From the NCBI GenBank assembly GCA_943787795.1, contig CALSNU010000004.1, positions 256,001 through 320,000 on the forward strand: a DNA stretch of 64,000 nucleotides, written 5' to 3'. The notes beneath the pieces were generated by a model that saw only the letters and a list, made by a program, of their open reading frames with translations, did no database searches and was not told the DNA's origin. This stretch comes from an uncultured bacterium. GTDB taxonomy: Bacteria > Planctomycetota > UBA1135 > GCA-002686595. Within the stretch, counting starts at the first letter, position 1, and each line of letters begins with the position of its first letter. Below, piece by piece: positions 29,901 to 37,889 of this stretch. Both the position numbers and the translations under genes were made by a program.

Positions 29901-30278
29901 GGGACGTCGATCGCAAGTACGCTGCCGATCAACCCGTCGAATTCCTGGATCACACCGGAGCTGCTCCGTGCGACCATCTTGGATGAGCTGGACCCGAAGC
30001 GATCCGAGCGCGATCAGACGTTCAAGATCGACGCCACCCTGCACACGACCAACTCGATCCTCGGCTTCGTGCCTGGCTACTCGCCGACGTACAACACGGA
30101 CTCCCGCTACACGGACGGGCGAATGAGGATCAACGGATCGATCATCGCCACGCACGTCGGCCTTCACGCCACCGAAGGTATGACGATCAACTACGACGGG
30201 CGAGCATCAAGGAGCATGAGCGTCGGCAGCGAGGGTATCCAGATCCGGCGGTACTTCAGCGCTCCCACGATTCGCTGA
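26943..30278 (+). CDS. Large PilX/GspK-like prepilin-type protein with low-complexity helical insert
   Basis: RRG|TALFAVIPIAILMMSVMVAF class III signal-like N-terminus; CLFCH motif; GxIxIxG beta-solenoid-like region; C-terminal INYDGR; start may be 26952. Confidence 0.65.
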   Translation: MLPMKRRLLRNAPAPAASRRGTALFAVIPIAILMMSVMVAFVGTAVETSKSSITDLDTFRARAAAKNTATLAIAELWADFNKSSGEASGVASFKTFLDQQGMVTPELSSSEPIKRDFKETLGLKKDKEGSEALQNVTIDRAEMFRVDTAEATSIVVEVDATANRRPGDKTSKERHGSIRETFTISSPSSGGVDFGILAEEASCLFCHTTIDSAERVYNSDSRLTGSFAPVKAGFLGNLGLRTDAASEVAGMILSRGSVHDVAGGAISDWSAYDVEALSAGANGELEVIHENALGDPTLGSLRPFSEGVSDANLYAEITPGMANAPEMPEEIPAVIADDGGFDYATGEARPEFGGNRLVDDTEFAVKAATANGSLSGGKISVIGQGSTIATPAEQAAMRAGLETSLSASTAGHVYLRGTEQDPILLDGSIAIDGDVIISGVVKGTGNVTARGNVFIASDLTYADQQSGTSRSFGRAADGTENLLTLAAGGNIVVGDYFRSNDSTEDQPGISGDSTGDFNATLQEISIFNRSEWSKTQPQVPGPASEWTQIGTESVEYPEVITETYYEWVTDDQSSAEIPTDQLNRTADPLQTPFVKEAQAASFTTSANSPPGVTKKKKKKKSAKSKKSGKSKKSGKSKKSDKSKKSKKSGKSKKSAKSKKSGKSNKSAKAAAEKAAAEKAAAEKAAAEKAAAEKAAAEKAAAEKAAAEKAAAEKAAAEKAAAEKAAAEKAAAEKAAAEKAAAEKAAAEKAAAEKAAAEKAAAEKAAAEKAAAEKAAAERAAAEKAAAERAAAEQLAAERAAAEKVAFERALEEKAAAAKKSSKSDKSDKSDKSDKSKKSKKSKKSKKSEKSEKSEKSEKSEKSEKSKKSGKSDKSDKSDKSDKSDKVTGRWVQRTREITTGRMLTREEPVFGWSNLISNPRYDAAYRPRYYNVGDSQAIPIHNKGGHFDPASGAWVGLPPSTNSWDTDLLTIADPSDPTDTILFDSDGTSIASTLPINPSNSWITPELLRATILDELDPKRSERDQTFKIDATLHTTNSILGFVPGYSPTYNTDSRYTDGRMRINGSIIATHVGLHATEGMTINYDGRASRSMSVGSEGIQIRRYFSAPTIR
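28782..29597 (+). repeat. Coding repeats: KSx tract, 15-bp (AAAEK) array at 28947-29381, second KSx tract
   Basis: 21 consecutive gcNgcNgctgagaaR units followed by ~8 in-register, mostly degenerate pentads; flanking 9-bp aagagc/aagtcc units. Confidence 0.95.
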
Positions 30279-30302
30279 CACGAATGGTCGGCTGATCCAA
30301 GC

Positions 30303-30341
30303 CAGGGGGCCCCGATCGCGACCAGCGATCGGGGCCCCCTG
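30303..30341. terminator. Terminator-like hairpin between convergent genes
   Basis: 17-bp perfect stem cagggggccccgatcgc / gcgatcggggccccctg. Confidence 0.75.
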
Positions 30342-30374
30342 CAGTTCCTGACCTCAACGCAGTCCGTCCTGACC

Positions 30375-31874
30375 TCAACGCAGGGCCCGGACCCCTTCAC
30401 GCCCAAAGTAGGGCACGACAACACCCGATTCGAGGGTGAGGCTGAGGGGTCGATACTCCCGGTCAAAGCGCGGGTCGGCGACGATATCTGCCTCCCACGG
30501 GTTCACGTCCACGGCGCCCGTGGTGGGCTGAATGACCCCGTTCCCCAGGATCAGATAATCCGGCCTCTGGTCGAGGACCCAGCGACCGTCGTGCCTGTGG
30601 TGCCCCTTGACCCGGACTCTGCTGAGGTCCGGAGGAGCCGAGGCAAAGGCCCCGTGCGTCAGACCGAGGACATCAACGACCTCGAGCCCCGAGGCCCAGC
30701 CGAAGGCCCCGATCGGCGAGAGCGCGACGGTGCCGCTCTGCGGCGCGAGCTCGCCGAACGCCTCCCCCATCTGCAGCCAATGCTGCTCGAAGAACCGATG
30801 CTCCCCCACCGCCTGCGGACGTGCAGTCAAACCGCCGCAGGTGAACATGGTGGAGACGGCGACAGCCGCCGCAATCCTCGTTCGCCTGTCGCTCAACCCT
30901 GAGAGAGCCGCAGCCGCGCCGACAGCTCCCACTCCGACGAAGGGTACGAGGAACCTCGAGTACACCATCCAGTCCCCGCCCACAGCGAGGACCGCGATCA
31001 GCGCTGAGCCAGCGGCCAGCGAGAGCGCTCGAGCGTCCGGCGCTCCCCGCGGAACCAGGATCGCAATGAGGAGCATCAAGGCGAGCGCGCCCTCGCCGAG
31101 AGAGCGCAGGAGGTAGCGGGCTCCGTACTCGAGCTCGGCGCTGATCGGGAGCGCCTTGAGCCCGAGCGCGTGGGGCGTGAAGGCACCGAAGACCTGATAC
31201 CTCAGGCCTCCGAGGAGCAGCAAGGTCATGAGCGGTGCGGCAAGCCAACCGACCTCCGCCGGTCGCAGCGGCCGCGCCGGCCGCATCGTGAGGACACAGG
31301 CTGCCCAGGGGATCAGGGCCTCCGCGCGGAAGGAGCACGCCACCGCGAACGCCAGCCCTGGCACGACGGCGCTTCCCCCGCGGCCAAGAGCCCAACGGGA
31401 CCAGTGGTGGAAGCCCAGGGCGATCGCCGCCGCCAGAGGGACCGTTCCGAGGCCAGCCATGGTGTGCCAGGCGACCGCAGGGGACAGGGCTACCCACCAG
31501 GGCGCAAGCTCCGCCAGGACGCTGGAGTCCCGCGAGCGCGCCCAGCGACCGACGACCAGGACGAGCAGACCGAAGCTCAGGGCACCGACCAGGGGGGTCC
31601 AGATGGCGGGGGTTATCCCCACCAGGACGCCGAAGGCGACCACGAGGAACCACCCTGGGCTCGTCACACCGTCGACAGGCACCTCGCCGGGATTGAAGAC
31701 AGGTCCCAGCCCCTCAACCCAGTGGCTCGCGTAGCGATAGACAATGTAGTCATCATCCACCGGCCCAACACCCAGCAGCGTGAGCACGTGAAGGAGCGCC
31801 ACGAGCACGGGCGCCCACTCGCGCAACGCGAGGCGGACTCGTGGGGTCCCTTCAACGTCGACGTGATCATTCAT
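30375..31874 (-). CDS. Multi-TM membrane protein, GT-C/arabinofuranosyltransferase-like
   Basis: DDDYIVYRYA...G.GPVFNPGE..DG.TSP, GGDWM..SRF, DVLGLT; start uncertain (31874 or 31934). Confidence 0.65.
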   Translation of the reverse strand: MNDHVDVEGTPRVRLALREWAPVLVALLHVLTLLGVGPVDDDYIVYRYASHWVEGLGPVFNPGEVPVDGVTSPGWFLVVAFGVLVGITPAIWTPLVGALSFGLLVLVVGRWARSRDSSVLAELAPWWVALSPAVAWHTMAGLGTVPLAAAIALGFHHWSRWALGRGGSAVVPGLAFAVACSFRAEALIPWAACVLTMRPARPLRPAEVGWLAAPLMTLLLLGGLRYQVFGAFTPHALGLKALPISAELEYGARYLLRSLGEGALALMLLIAILVPRGAPDARALSLAAGSALIAVLAVGGDWMVYSRFLVPFVGVGAVGAAAALSGLSDRRTRIAAAVAVSTMFTCGGLTARPQAVGEHRFFEQHWLQMGEAFGELAPQSGTVALSPIGAFGWASGLEVVDVLGLTHGAFASAPPDLSRVRVKGHHRHDGRWVLDQRPDYLILGNGVIQPTTGAVDVNPWEADIVADPRFDREYRPLSLTLESGVVVPYFGREGVRALR

Positions 31875-31981
31875 TGAACCGGATCCGGCCAACGATCCCT
31901 CGCTCCGGATCGTAGCCGCTAGAGCGCCCGTCATCCTCCCGATCTACCACGAGAGGGGCTAGGCTGTGCGCTCACCGTCCG

Positions 31982-34000
31982 TTGAAGATCCTGCTCGCCT
32001 CCTCGCCTCACGCCGACACGTTCGGGTACTCGATGCCGCCCCCCGGTCTCCTGAGGCTCGGGGGAGCGCTTCGGGACGCCAACCACGACGTGGCCCTCGA
32101 GGACCTTGCCTTCCGGCTGGGAAGCGGAGAGCTCCCCTCAGGGGACGGCCTCCCCGCCGCAGCCGCGGCGCTCCTGGCGAGCCGCGGACGTCCAGACGTG
32201 GTCGGCCTGTCGGTCATGGGCGCCACCTTGCCCGTCGCCCTGCTGATCGCTGAGCAGCTGAAGGAGGCCTGGCCAAAGGTCCCGATCGTGCTCGGCGGCC
32301 CAGGAGTCCACGGGGTCGACGTGGGCCTCCTCGAGCGCTTCCCGGCGATCGATCTCGTGGCCCGAGGCGAGGGTGAGGTCACCGTGGTCGAGCTCTGCGA
32401 AGCGCTCACCAGCGGCCTGGAGGCCGCCGGCGAGGTCGACGGCATCACTCACCGGACCGCTGGCGAAGTCCGCCGCACTCCAGACCGAGCCATGCTCCGA
32501 GACCTGGCGGCGCTGCCCGCCTACGCCTGGGACCTGCTGCCCCCCATCGCCAGGTACAAGGAGATCACGGGCAGCGCCGACGGCCTGGTGCCCATCGACT
32601 CCGGTCGCGGCTGCGCGTACGACTGTTCGTTTTGCTCGATCGGACGCACCTGGCGCCGGCGATCCCGCCCGCTCCCGGCCGCCCGCCTCGTCGACGAGAT
32701 CGCTTCCCTGCGGGGCATCCCCGGAGCGCGCCGCGCCTACCTCTGCCATGACCTCTTCGGCGCCGACCGAGGCCACGCCATGGCGCTCTGCGCCGGGCTT
32801 CAGGAGCGCGCGATTCAGGTGCCCTGGGAGGTTCGGGCGCGCGCTGATCACCTCGATGCCGAGCTCCTCTTGAGCATGGGCAAGGCCGGCTGTGACCGCG
32901 TGCTCCTCGGGATCGAATCCGCCTCCGCCGCGGTCCGGGCCGCCAACCAGAAGGGCATGCGCGATGATGTCGACCTCCTGCAGGTGGTCGACGATTGCGC
33001 CGCGGCCGGGGTGACCCCCATCCTGTCCCTGATCCTCGGCCTGCCGGGCGAGGGCGACGGGGAGCTGAACGAGTCGCTCGAGTTCTGCGCCTCGGCTGCG
33101 CTGCGAGCGGGGGTCAACCTCTCCCTCCATCTCGTGAATCCGCAGCCCGGCTGCGCCCTCGGAGAGGAGTTCGGAGCCGCGTCAAGTCCAGTTCCAGGCG
33201 TACCCCCAGACATGGCGCTGGGAGCCGGAGAGACCGCCGCAGAGCGAGCCCTGATTCATGGGCATCCGGACATCTTCTCGACCTGGTCCCTCCTGCCCTA
33301 TCCCGAGGAGAAGCTCGCGGAGCTCATGTTCCTGAGCGGGGAGTTCGGCGAGACGCTGATGCGCTACCCCCGAGCCGTTGGTGCGCTGGCCGCCGCCACG
33401 GGGCTCTCGATTCTCACGCTCGCGCGTGAACTCCGCGCGGACGGCCGGACCTTCGAGACGTTCGCTCGTCAGCGCGTGGCCAGGTCAGACGGGCGCCCGA
33501 TCCTCGACGCCCTCCTGCGCTGGGAGAACGCCTTGGTTCGCATCGCCGCCCGGGGGCCGCGACCGGCCCGGGATCATCGCTGGACCCTGGGCGCCGAGCT
33601 GATATCGACCTCGCTGGACCTCGGCGCCGCCGTCGAGACCCTCATCAGCCGGCGCCGCGGCGCGCCGCCTGGCCCCGCAGTCGAACCAGAGGCCAGCCCG
33701 TTGCTCCTCAGTCAAGAAGAGATGACCTTCGCAGTGGTCGCTCCCACCCCGTCCCCTGGGCGCCTCGCCGGCGTCCGGACGGTGCGACTGTCCAAGGGCT
33801 CTGCCAAGCTGGCCCAGGCTATGGAGCGCGCGCGCACCGACGAGGAGCACGCGCGCATCACTGCGGCCCTCGAGGCCCCCGGCGTCCGAGGCGCCGCCGC
33901 AGGGCTGATCGAGTCCGGCGTCCTCATCCCGCCCAGAGGCGCGGGCACCTCCACCCCGAGCTCCCACGCTCGGCAGAACTCACCGACCACGGCGCCATGA
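31982..34000 (+). CDS. B12-binding radical SAM protein 1 (class B methyltransferase-like) with C-terminal extension
   Basis: TTG start; PPPGLLRL, DVVGLS, IVLGGP, RGEGE; RGCAYDCSFC (Cx3Cx2C); LGIESA. Confidence 0.9.
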   Translation: MKILLASSPHADTFGYSMPPPGLLRLGGALRDANHDVALEDLAFRLGSGELPSGDGLPAAAAALLASRGRPDVVGLSVMGATLPVALLIAEQLKEAWPKVPIVLGGPGVHGVDVGLLERFPAIDLVARGEGEVTVVELCEALTSGLEAAGEVDGITHRTAGEVRRTPDRAMLRDLAALPAYAWDLLPPIARYKEITGSADGLVPIDSGRGCAYDCSFCSIGRTWRRRSRPLPAARLVDEIASLRGIPGARRAYLCHDLFGADRGHAMALCAGLQERAIQVPWEVRARADHLDAELLLSMGKAGCDRVLLGIESASAAVRAANQKGMRDDVDLLQVVDDCAAAGVTPILSLILGLPGEGDGELNESLEFCASAALRAGVNLSLHLVNPQPGCALGEEFGAASSPVPGVPPDMALGAGETAAERALIHGHPDIFSTWSLLPYPEEKLAELMFLSGEFGETLMRYPRAVGALAAATGLSILTLARELRADGRTFETFARQRVARSDGRPILDALLRWENALVRIAARGPRPARDHRWTLGAELISTSLDLGAAVETLISRRRGAPPGPAVEPEASPLLLSQEEMTFAVVAPTPSPGRLAGVRTVRLSKGSAKLAQAMERARTDEEHARITAALEAPGVRGAAAGLIESGVLIPPRGAGTSTPSSHARQNSPTTAP

Positions 34001-36300
34001 TCAAGCTCCCCAGCAACGACTTCCCCGTCACCCTCGCGTTCCCTCCGCAAGGACACTGGACCCAACCTCACCTGGCGCTCCCCTGCCTGAAGGCGTGGCT
34101 GCAGGCGAGCGGCTACGGGGATGTTCAGCAGATGGACCTCTCCGTCGAGGCCTTCGACCACTTCCTCACTGCGGAGTCATTGACGCGAGCCGCGGCCAAG
34201 GTCGAGCAGCGACTCCCCCTGGATCGCTTCGAAGGAGACCGCCTCCCCCTCGGCCAGATGCGAGCCTGGCGTGCCGCGGCCGAGAGCGCGGCCTCTGCGG
34301 CGTCGCTCATCAGCCGCGTCGAGTCCGCGAAGGCCATCCTGAGGGGGCAGGACCACCCAGTGGAGGGCGACCGTGGCTTCTGGGACCCCGACCGCTATGT
34401 CCCCGCCGTTCGGACCCTCTACCACGGGCTTCGGCTGGTCTCTGCGGCCCACTACCCGAGCGAGCTCACCCCCCACAACTTCACGATGTCCTACTCGAAC
34501 GACTCGAGTGAGGAGGTCCTGGCGGCCACTCTGGACGAGGAGCAGAACCCCTTCATCGAGTTCTACCGTGAGGAGGTGATGCCGCGGCTCCTCGAGCGTA
34601 AGCCGCGGCTGCTCGGGCTCTCGGTCCTCTACGGCAGCCAGCTCATTCCGGCGCTGACCCTCGCGCGGATGGTGAAGGCCGCGCTCCCCGACTGCCACAT
34701 CACCATGGGCGGCGGCTTCCTCGCTTACATCGGGGACAAGGTCATGTCAGCCCCGGGTATGGCCGAGTGCTTTGACTCGATGGTGTTCCATGAGGGGGAA
34801 CGACCCCTCCTGATGCTCTGCGAGGCGCTCCGGCTCGGCGAGCCCCTCCACGACGTGGGGAGCCTCTCCTGGTGGGACCGCGCAGACCCGCAGCACCCAG
34901 TGTCCGTCAAGAACATGGCCGCGCACCCGATCAAGCTGGACGACGCCCCGGCCCCGGATCTCGACGGGCTGCCGATGGACAAGTACTTCTCGCCAGAGGT
35001 GGTCATCCCCTACGACGTGAACCGGGGCTGCTATTACGGCGAGTGCACGTTCTGCACCCTCCCGACGGTCATCGGCCCGGGATACCGCACACGCTCCTCG
35101 GAGACGATCGCGCGCCACGTGGTCGAGCTGCGCGACCGCTACGAGTCGACCCACTTCAACTTCATCACGGACTGCATGCCCCCCGGGATGATTAAGGAGC
35201 TGCCCGAGCGGTTGATCGAGGCGGAGGCTGGCATCACCTGGTGGGCGGACGCCCGCTTCGAGCCCAAGGCCTATGACGCAGATGGCGCGAGGCGGCTCTT
35301 TGAGTCAGGGTGCCGCAAGCTCCTGTTCGGCTTTGAATCCGCGACCAAGCGGATCCTCAAGATGATGATGAAGGGCCAGAGCCTGAAGTCCGTCGTCGAG
35401 GTCGCCCGGAACTGCACCGAGGCGAACATCAGCGTGACGTTCTACGCGATGGTGGGCTTCCCCACGGAGACCCGCGAGGAGGCGCGCGCGACGCTGGAGT
35501 TCATCGAGCAGCACGCCGACATCATCCGCGAGGTTTCCTTGCAGACCTTCCACATCGACGAGGTGGCGAAGACCTACAAGGAGCCCGAGCAGTTCGGGAT
35601 CCGCGTCCTCGACGCCCCAGGGGACCTCGCCCTCTACCACGACTATGTGGCCGACGTCGGGATGACCCAGGAGGAGGCCGCGGAGATGTTCGAGGAGATG
35701 ATGGCGTCCTTCCGGCGTAACCTCGCGATCTTCTCCGGTGACAACATCTTCTACTTCATGCAGAAGAGTCACTACTTCCTCCACCTCGCCGCGGGTGAGA
35801 CCCCCCAGGGGTTCTCCGGGCGCTGCGCTGACCGCACGGCCGCTAGAGCGGAGCGGGTGGCTGACCCCGAGCTGACCGTGAGCCAGGGACTCGTCAGCGT
35901 CCCCCTCAGCTTCAGCCACTCGGACGCGGTGCGCACCCTCGGAGACCCCCTCGCCCGCGCCGCCCGTCCGGACTTCCTGACCGGGCGTTACGTCCGGGAC
36001 GCGGACCGGGTCGCCGAGGAGACGCTCCCTCCCCTCGATCCAAAGGAGCGCTTCCTGCTCTATGACCCCGAGAACGGCGAGTTCGTTGAGCTCCGCGATG
36101 GCGGGGTCCGCGTGCTCTCCGCCCTGCGCGAGCACGGTACCCTCGGGGCGCTGGTAGCGGCTCAGCGGCGCGCCGGCGCCTCGGCTGCAGCCATCGATAG
36201 ACTCGAGCAGTTCGCCACCGAACTCCACCGGCTCGGAGTGCTCCGCGCCGCGGCCCCTCTTTCCCCCAACGCGCCTGTCCTCGCCACCGCGCGGGGTTGA
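33997..36300 (+). CDS. B12-binding radical SAM protein 2 with RRE/PqqD-like C-terminus
   Basis: ATGA overlap with the upstream gene; PHLALPCL, LLGLSV, ITMGGG, HEGE; RGCYYGECTFC (Cx4Cx2C); FGFES, MVGFPTET. Confidence 0.9.
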   Translation: MIKLPSNDFPVTLAFPPQGHWTQPHLALPCLKAWLQASGYGDVQQMDLSVEAFDHFLTAESLTRAAAKVEQRLPLDRFEGDRLPLGQMRAWRAAAESAASAASLISRVESAKAILRGQDHPVEGDRGFWDPDRYVPAVRTLYHGLRLVSAAHYPSELTPHNFTMSYSNDSSEEVLAATLDEEQNPFIEFYREEVMPRLLERKPRLLGLSVLYGSQLIPALTLARMVKAALPDCHITMGGGFLAYIGDKVMSAPGMAECFDSMVFHEGERPLLMLCEALRLGEPLHDVGSLSWWDRADPQHPVSVKNMAAHPIKLDDAPAPDLDGLPMDKYFSPEVVIPYDVNRGCYYGECTFCTLPTVIGPGYRTRSSETIARHVVELRDRYESTHFNFITDCMPPGMIKELPERLIEAEAGITWWADARFEPKAYDADGARRLFESGCRKLLFGFESATKRILKMMMKGQSLKSVVEVARNCTEANISVTFYAMVGFPTETREEARATLEFIEQHADIIREVSLQTFHIDEVAKTYKEPEQFGIRVLDAPGDLALYHDYVADVGMTQEEAAEMFEEMMASFRRNLAIFSGDNIFYFMQKSHYFLHLAAGETPQGFSGRCADRTAARAERVADPELTVSQGLVSVPLSFSHSDAVRTLGDPLARAARPDFLTGRYVRDADRVAEETLPPLDPKERFLLYDPENGEFVELRDGGVRVLSALREHGTLGALVAAQRRAGASAAAIDRLEQFATELHRLGVLRAAAPLSPNAPVLATARG

Positions 36301-36314
36301 CCCAAGGACCAGCC

Positions 36315-36491
36315 ATGAATCAGAACAAGGATCAGCGAGACGACCTCGAGAACGAGGAGGCCCCGGAGAAGAGCGCCGAGGCGAGCCAGGCCGCAGGCGG
36401 CGAAGCCCTCGACCTCGAGGGGCTTGACCTCACGGTCGAGACCGTCGAAGAGCGGATCAGTCCGAGCGAGACCAACGTCTTCGACAAGTGA
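36315..36491 (+). CDS. 58-aa acidic peptide, putative RiPP precursor/scaffold
   Basis: aagga RBS at 36304-36308; MNQNKDQ...LDLEGLDLTVETVEERISPSETNVFDK; begins 15 bp after the radical SAM 2 stop; coding-like codon use. Confidence 0.8.
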   Translation: MNQNKDQRDDLENEEAPEKSAEASQAAGGEALDLEGLDLTVETVEERISPSETNVFDK

Positions 36492-36593
36492 GCTGGCCTA
36501 GGCCGGGGGCCGACCGCGAGGGTGGCCACTCGGCCAATGCTCCCGCCAGAGGAAGGCCGCCGGTCGCAGTTCACCCGCTCGGAAGTCGCCGCT

Positions 36594-37874
36594 CTAGACC
36601 GTGACGCCGAGGTGCGTCGCCGTGTGCCCGGGGAAGAGCGGTCCGGCGTCCGGGCTCCCGAGCCGTCGCTCGGCCACCTCGGCCAACACGTCCCGGTAGT
36701 CGATGGTGACGTCGAGGTCCCCCTCGTTGAGACTCGACGGGGCGAGCCCAGGCCATTGGGTCATGACCCGGCCGCCGGCGATCCCGTCCCCCATGAGGAA
36801 CATCGCGTTTCCGAACCCGTGGTCGCAGCCGTCGCTGAGGTTCGGCGCGATCCGGCGCCCGAACTCCGAGTGCGCGACGAGGGTGTACCTGATCCCTGAG
36901 TTCCTAAGGTCCAGATAGAAGGCCTCGAGGGAGCGGGCGAAGGTGTCGAGCATGCCGGCGTAGGTGCCGCTCAACGGTCCCATCTGGACGTGATGGTCCC
37001 AGCCGTCGATGTCGACGACGCAGCACTCGAGGTCGAGGCCCGCCTTGAGCATGGTCGCGACGGCCCGGAGGCCGCCGCCGAAGGGGCCGCCGGGGTAGAC
37101 CGCGCCGTTCGACGGGGTGTAGCCGAAGAACTGAACTCCGCCCACCTGGTCGAGGGCATCGAGCGCGCTGACGGCCGCGGGGCCGAGGGGAGCCGGCTGG
37201 GGCCCGTACATGTCGGCCAGGACCTGCCGCCTGTCGGTCGCGGTGGCGGCCTCCCCGGGGAACGAGAAGGTCGGCGGGACGGCGATCGGGATCGACCCCG
37301 GCGCACCGGTGAGCGTCCATGGCAGCAGCGCCGAGAGCGAGAGCGCCCGGACCGTCCCGCTACCCAGGGGCTGAATCGTATCGAGGTGCCGCGAGACCCA
37401 GCCCTCGGAGAGCGGGAGCGCGCTCCCCGCCGGCGTCGCCGTCTCCCAACGCCGCATGCCGTCGAAGTGCGAGAGCGTATGAACCGGTGCGCCCGCGGCG
37501 TGGACCACCAGGAGCTTGCCGTCGGCGTAAGGGGTGTGGAGCGGCGCGGCCGAGGGCGAGAGACAGAAGGTCCCGTCCAGGTCCACCGAGCCGTTCCCAG
37601 ACGAGGGGCCAGGGATCGCAAGCGGACCGCGCGACGAAGCGTAGTCCGGGTCGCCGTAGGGGACAACGGCGCTGAGGCCGTCCATGCCTCCACGGAGGAA
37701 CACGTTGACCAGGACGTCTCGCTGCACTCCGCCGCCGCTCCCGCGGTTGGCGCTGAAGGCGATCCGGGGCATCGCCGAGGACACAGCGGCGCCCGCCGCC
37801 GCTGTCCTCAGGAAGCCTCGCCTGGAGAGGTTGGCGTACTCGGAGCACGCCGCACGTTCACTTCGTCGTGTCAT
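36594..37874 (-). CDS. DUF1501 family Tat-exported protein
   Basis: SRRGFL; FLRGGMDGL, SHFDG, GWDHH, SEFGRR, GCDHG. Confidence 0.9.
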   Translation of the reverse strand: MTRRSERAACSEYANLSRRGFLRTAAAGAAVSSAMPRIAFSANRGSGGGVQRDVLVNVFLRGGMDGLSAVVPYGDPDYASSRGPLAIPGPSSGNGSVDLDGTFCLSPSAAPLHTPYADGKLLVVHAAGAPVHTLSHFDGMRRWETATPAGSALPLSEGWVSRHLDTIQPLGSGTVRALSLSALLPWTLTGAPGSIPIAVPPTFSFPGEAATATDRRQVLADMYGPQPAPLGPAAVSALDALDQVGGVQFFGYTPSNGAVYPGGPFGGGLRAVATMLKAGLDLECCVVDIDGWDHHVQMGPLSGTYAGMLDTFARSLEAFYLDLRNSGIRYTLVAHSEFGRRIAPNLSDGCDHGFGNAMFLMGDGIAGGRVMTQWPGLAPSSLNEGDLDVTIDYRDVLAEVAERRLGSPDAGPLFPGHTATHLGVTV

Positions 37875-37889
37875 GGTGTCGTCACCGGA

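Noticed and set aside
30375..31934. GT-C-like membrane gene as part of the radical SAM/peptide cluster
   Set aside because: Divergently oriented and from a widespread family; nothing beyond adjacency links it
36489..36560. UGA readthrough extending the RiPP peptide
   Set aside because: No CGUG-loop hairpin at SECIS distance, and the downstream codons do not look coding
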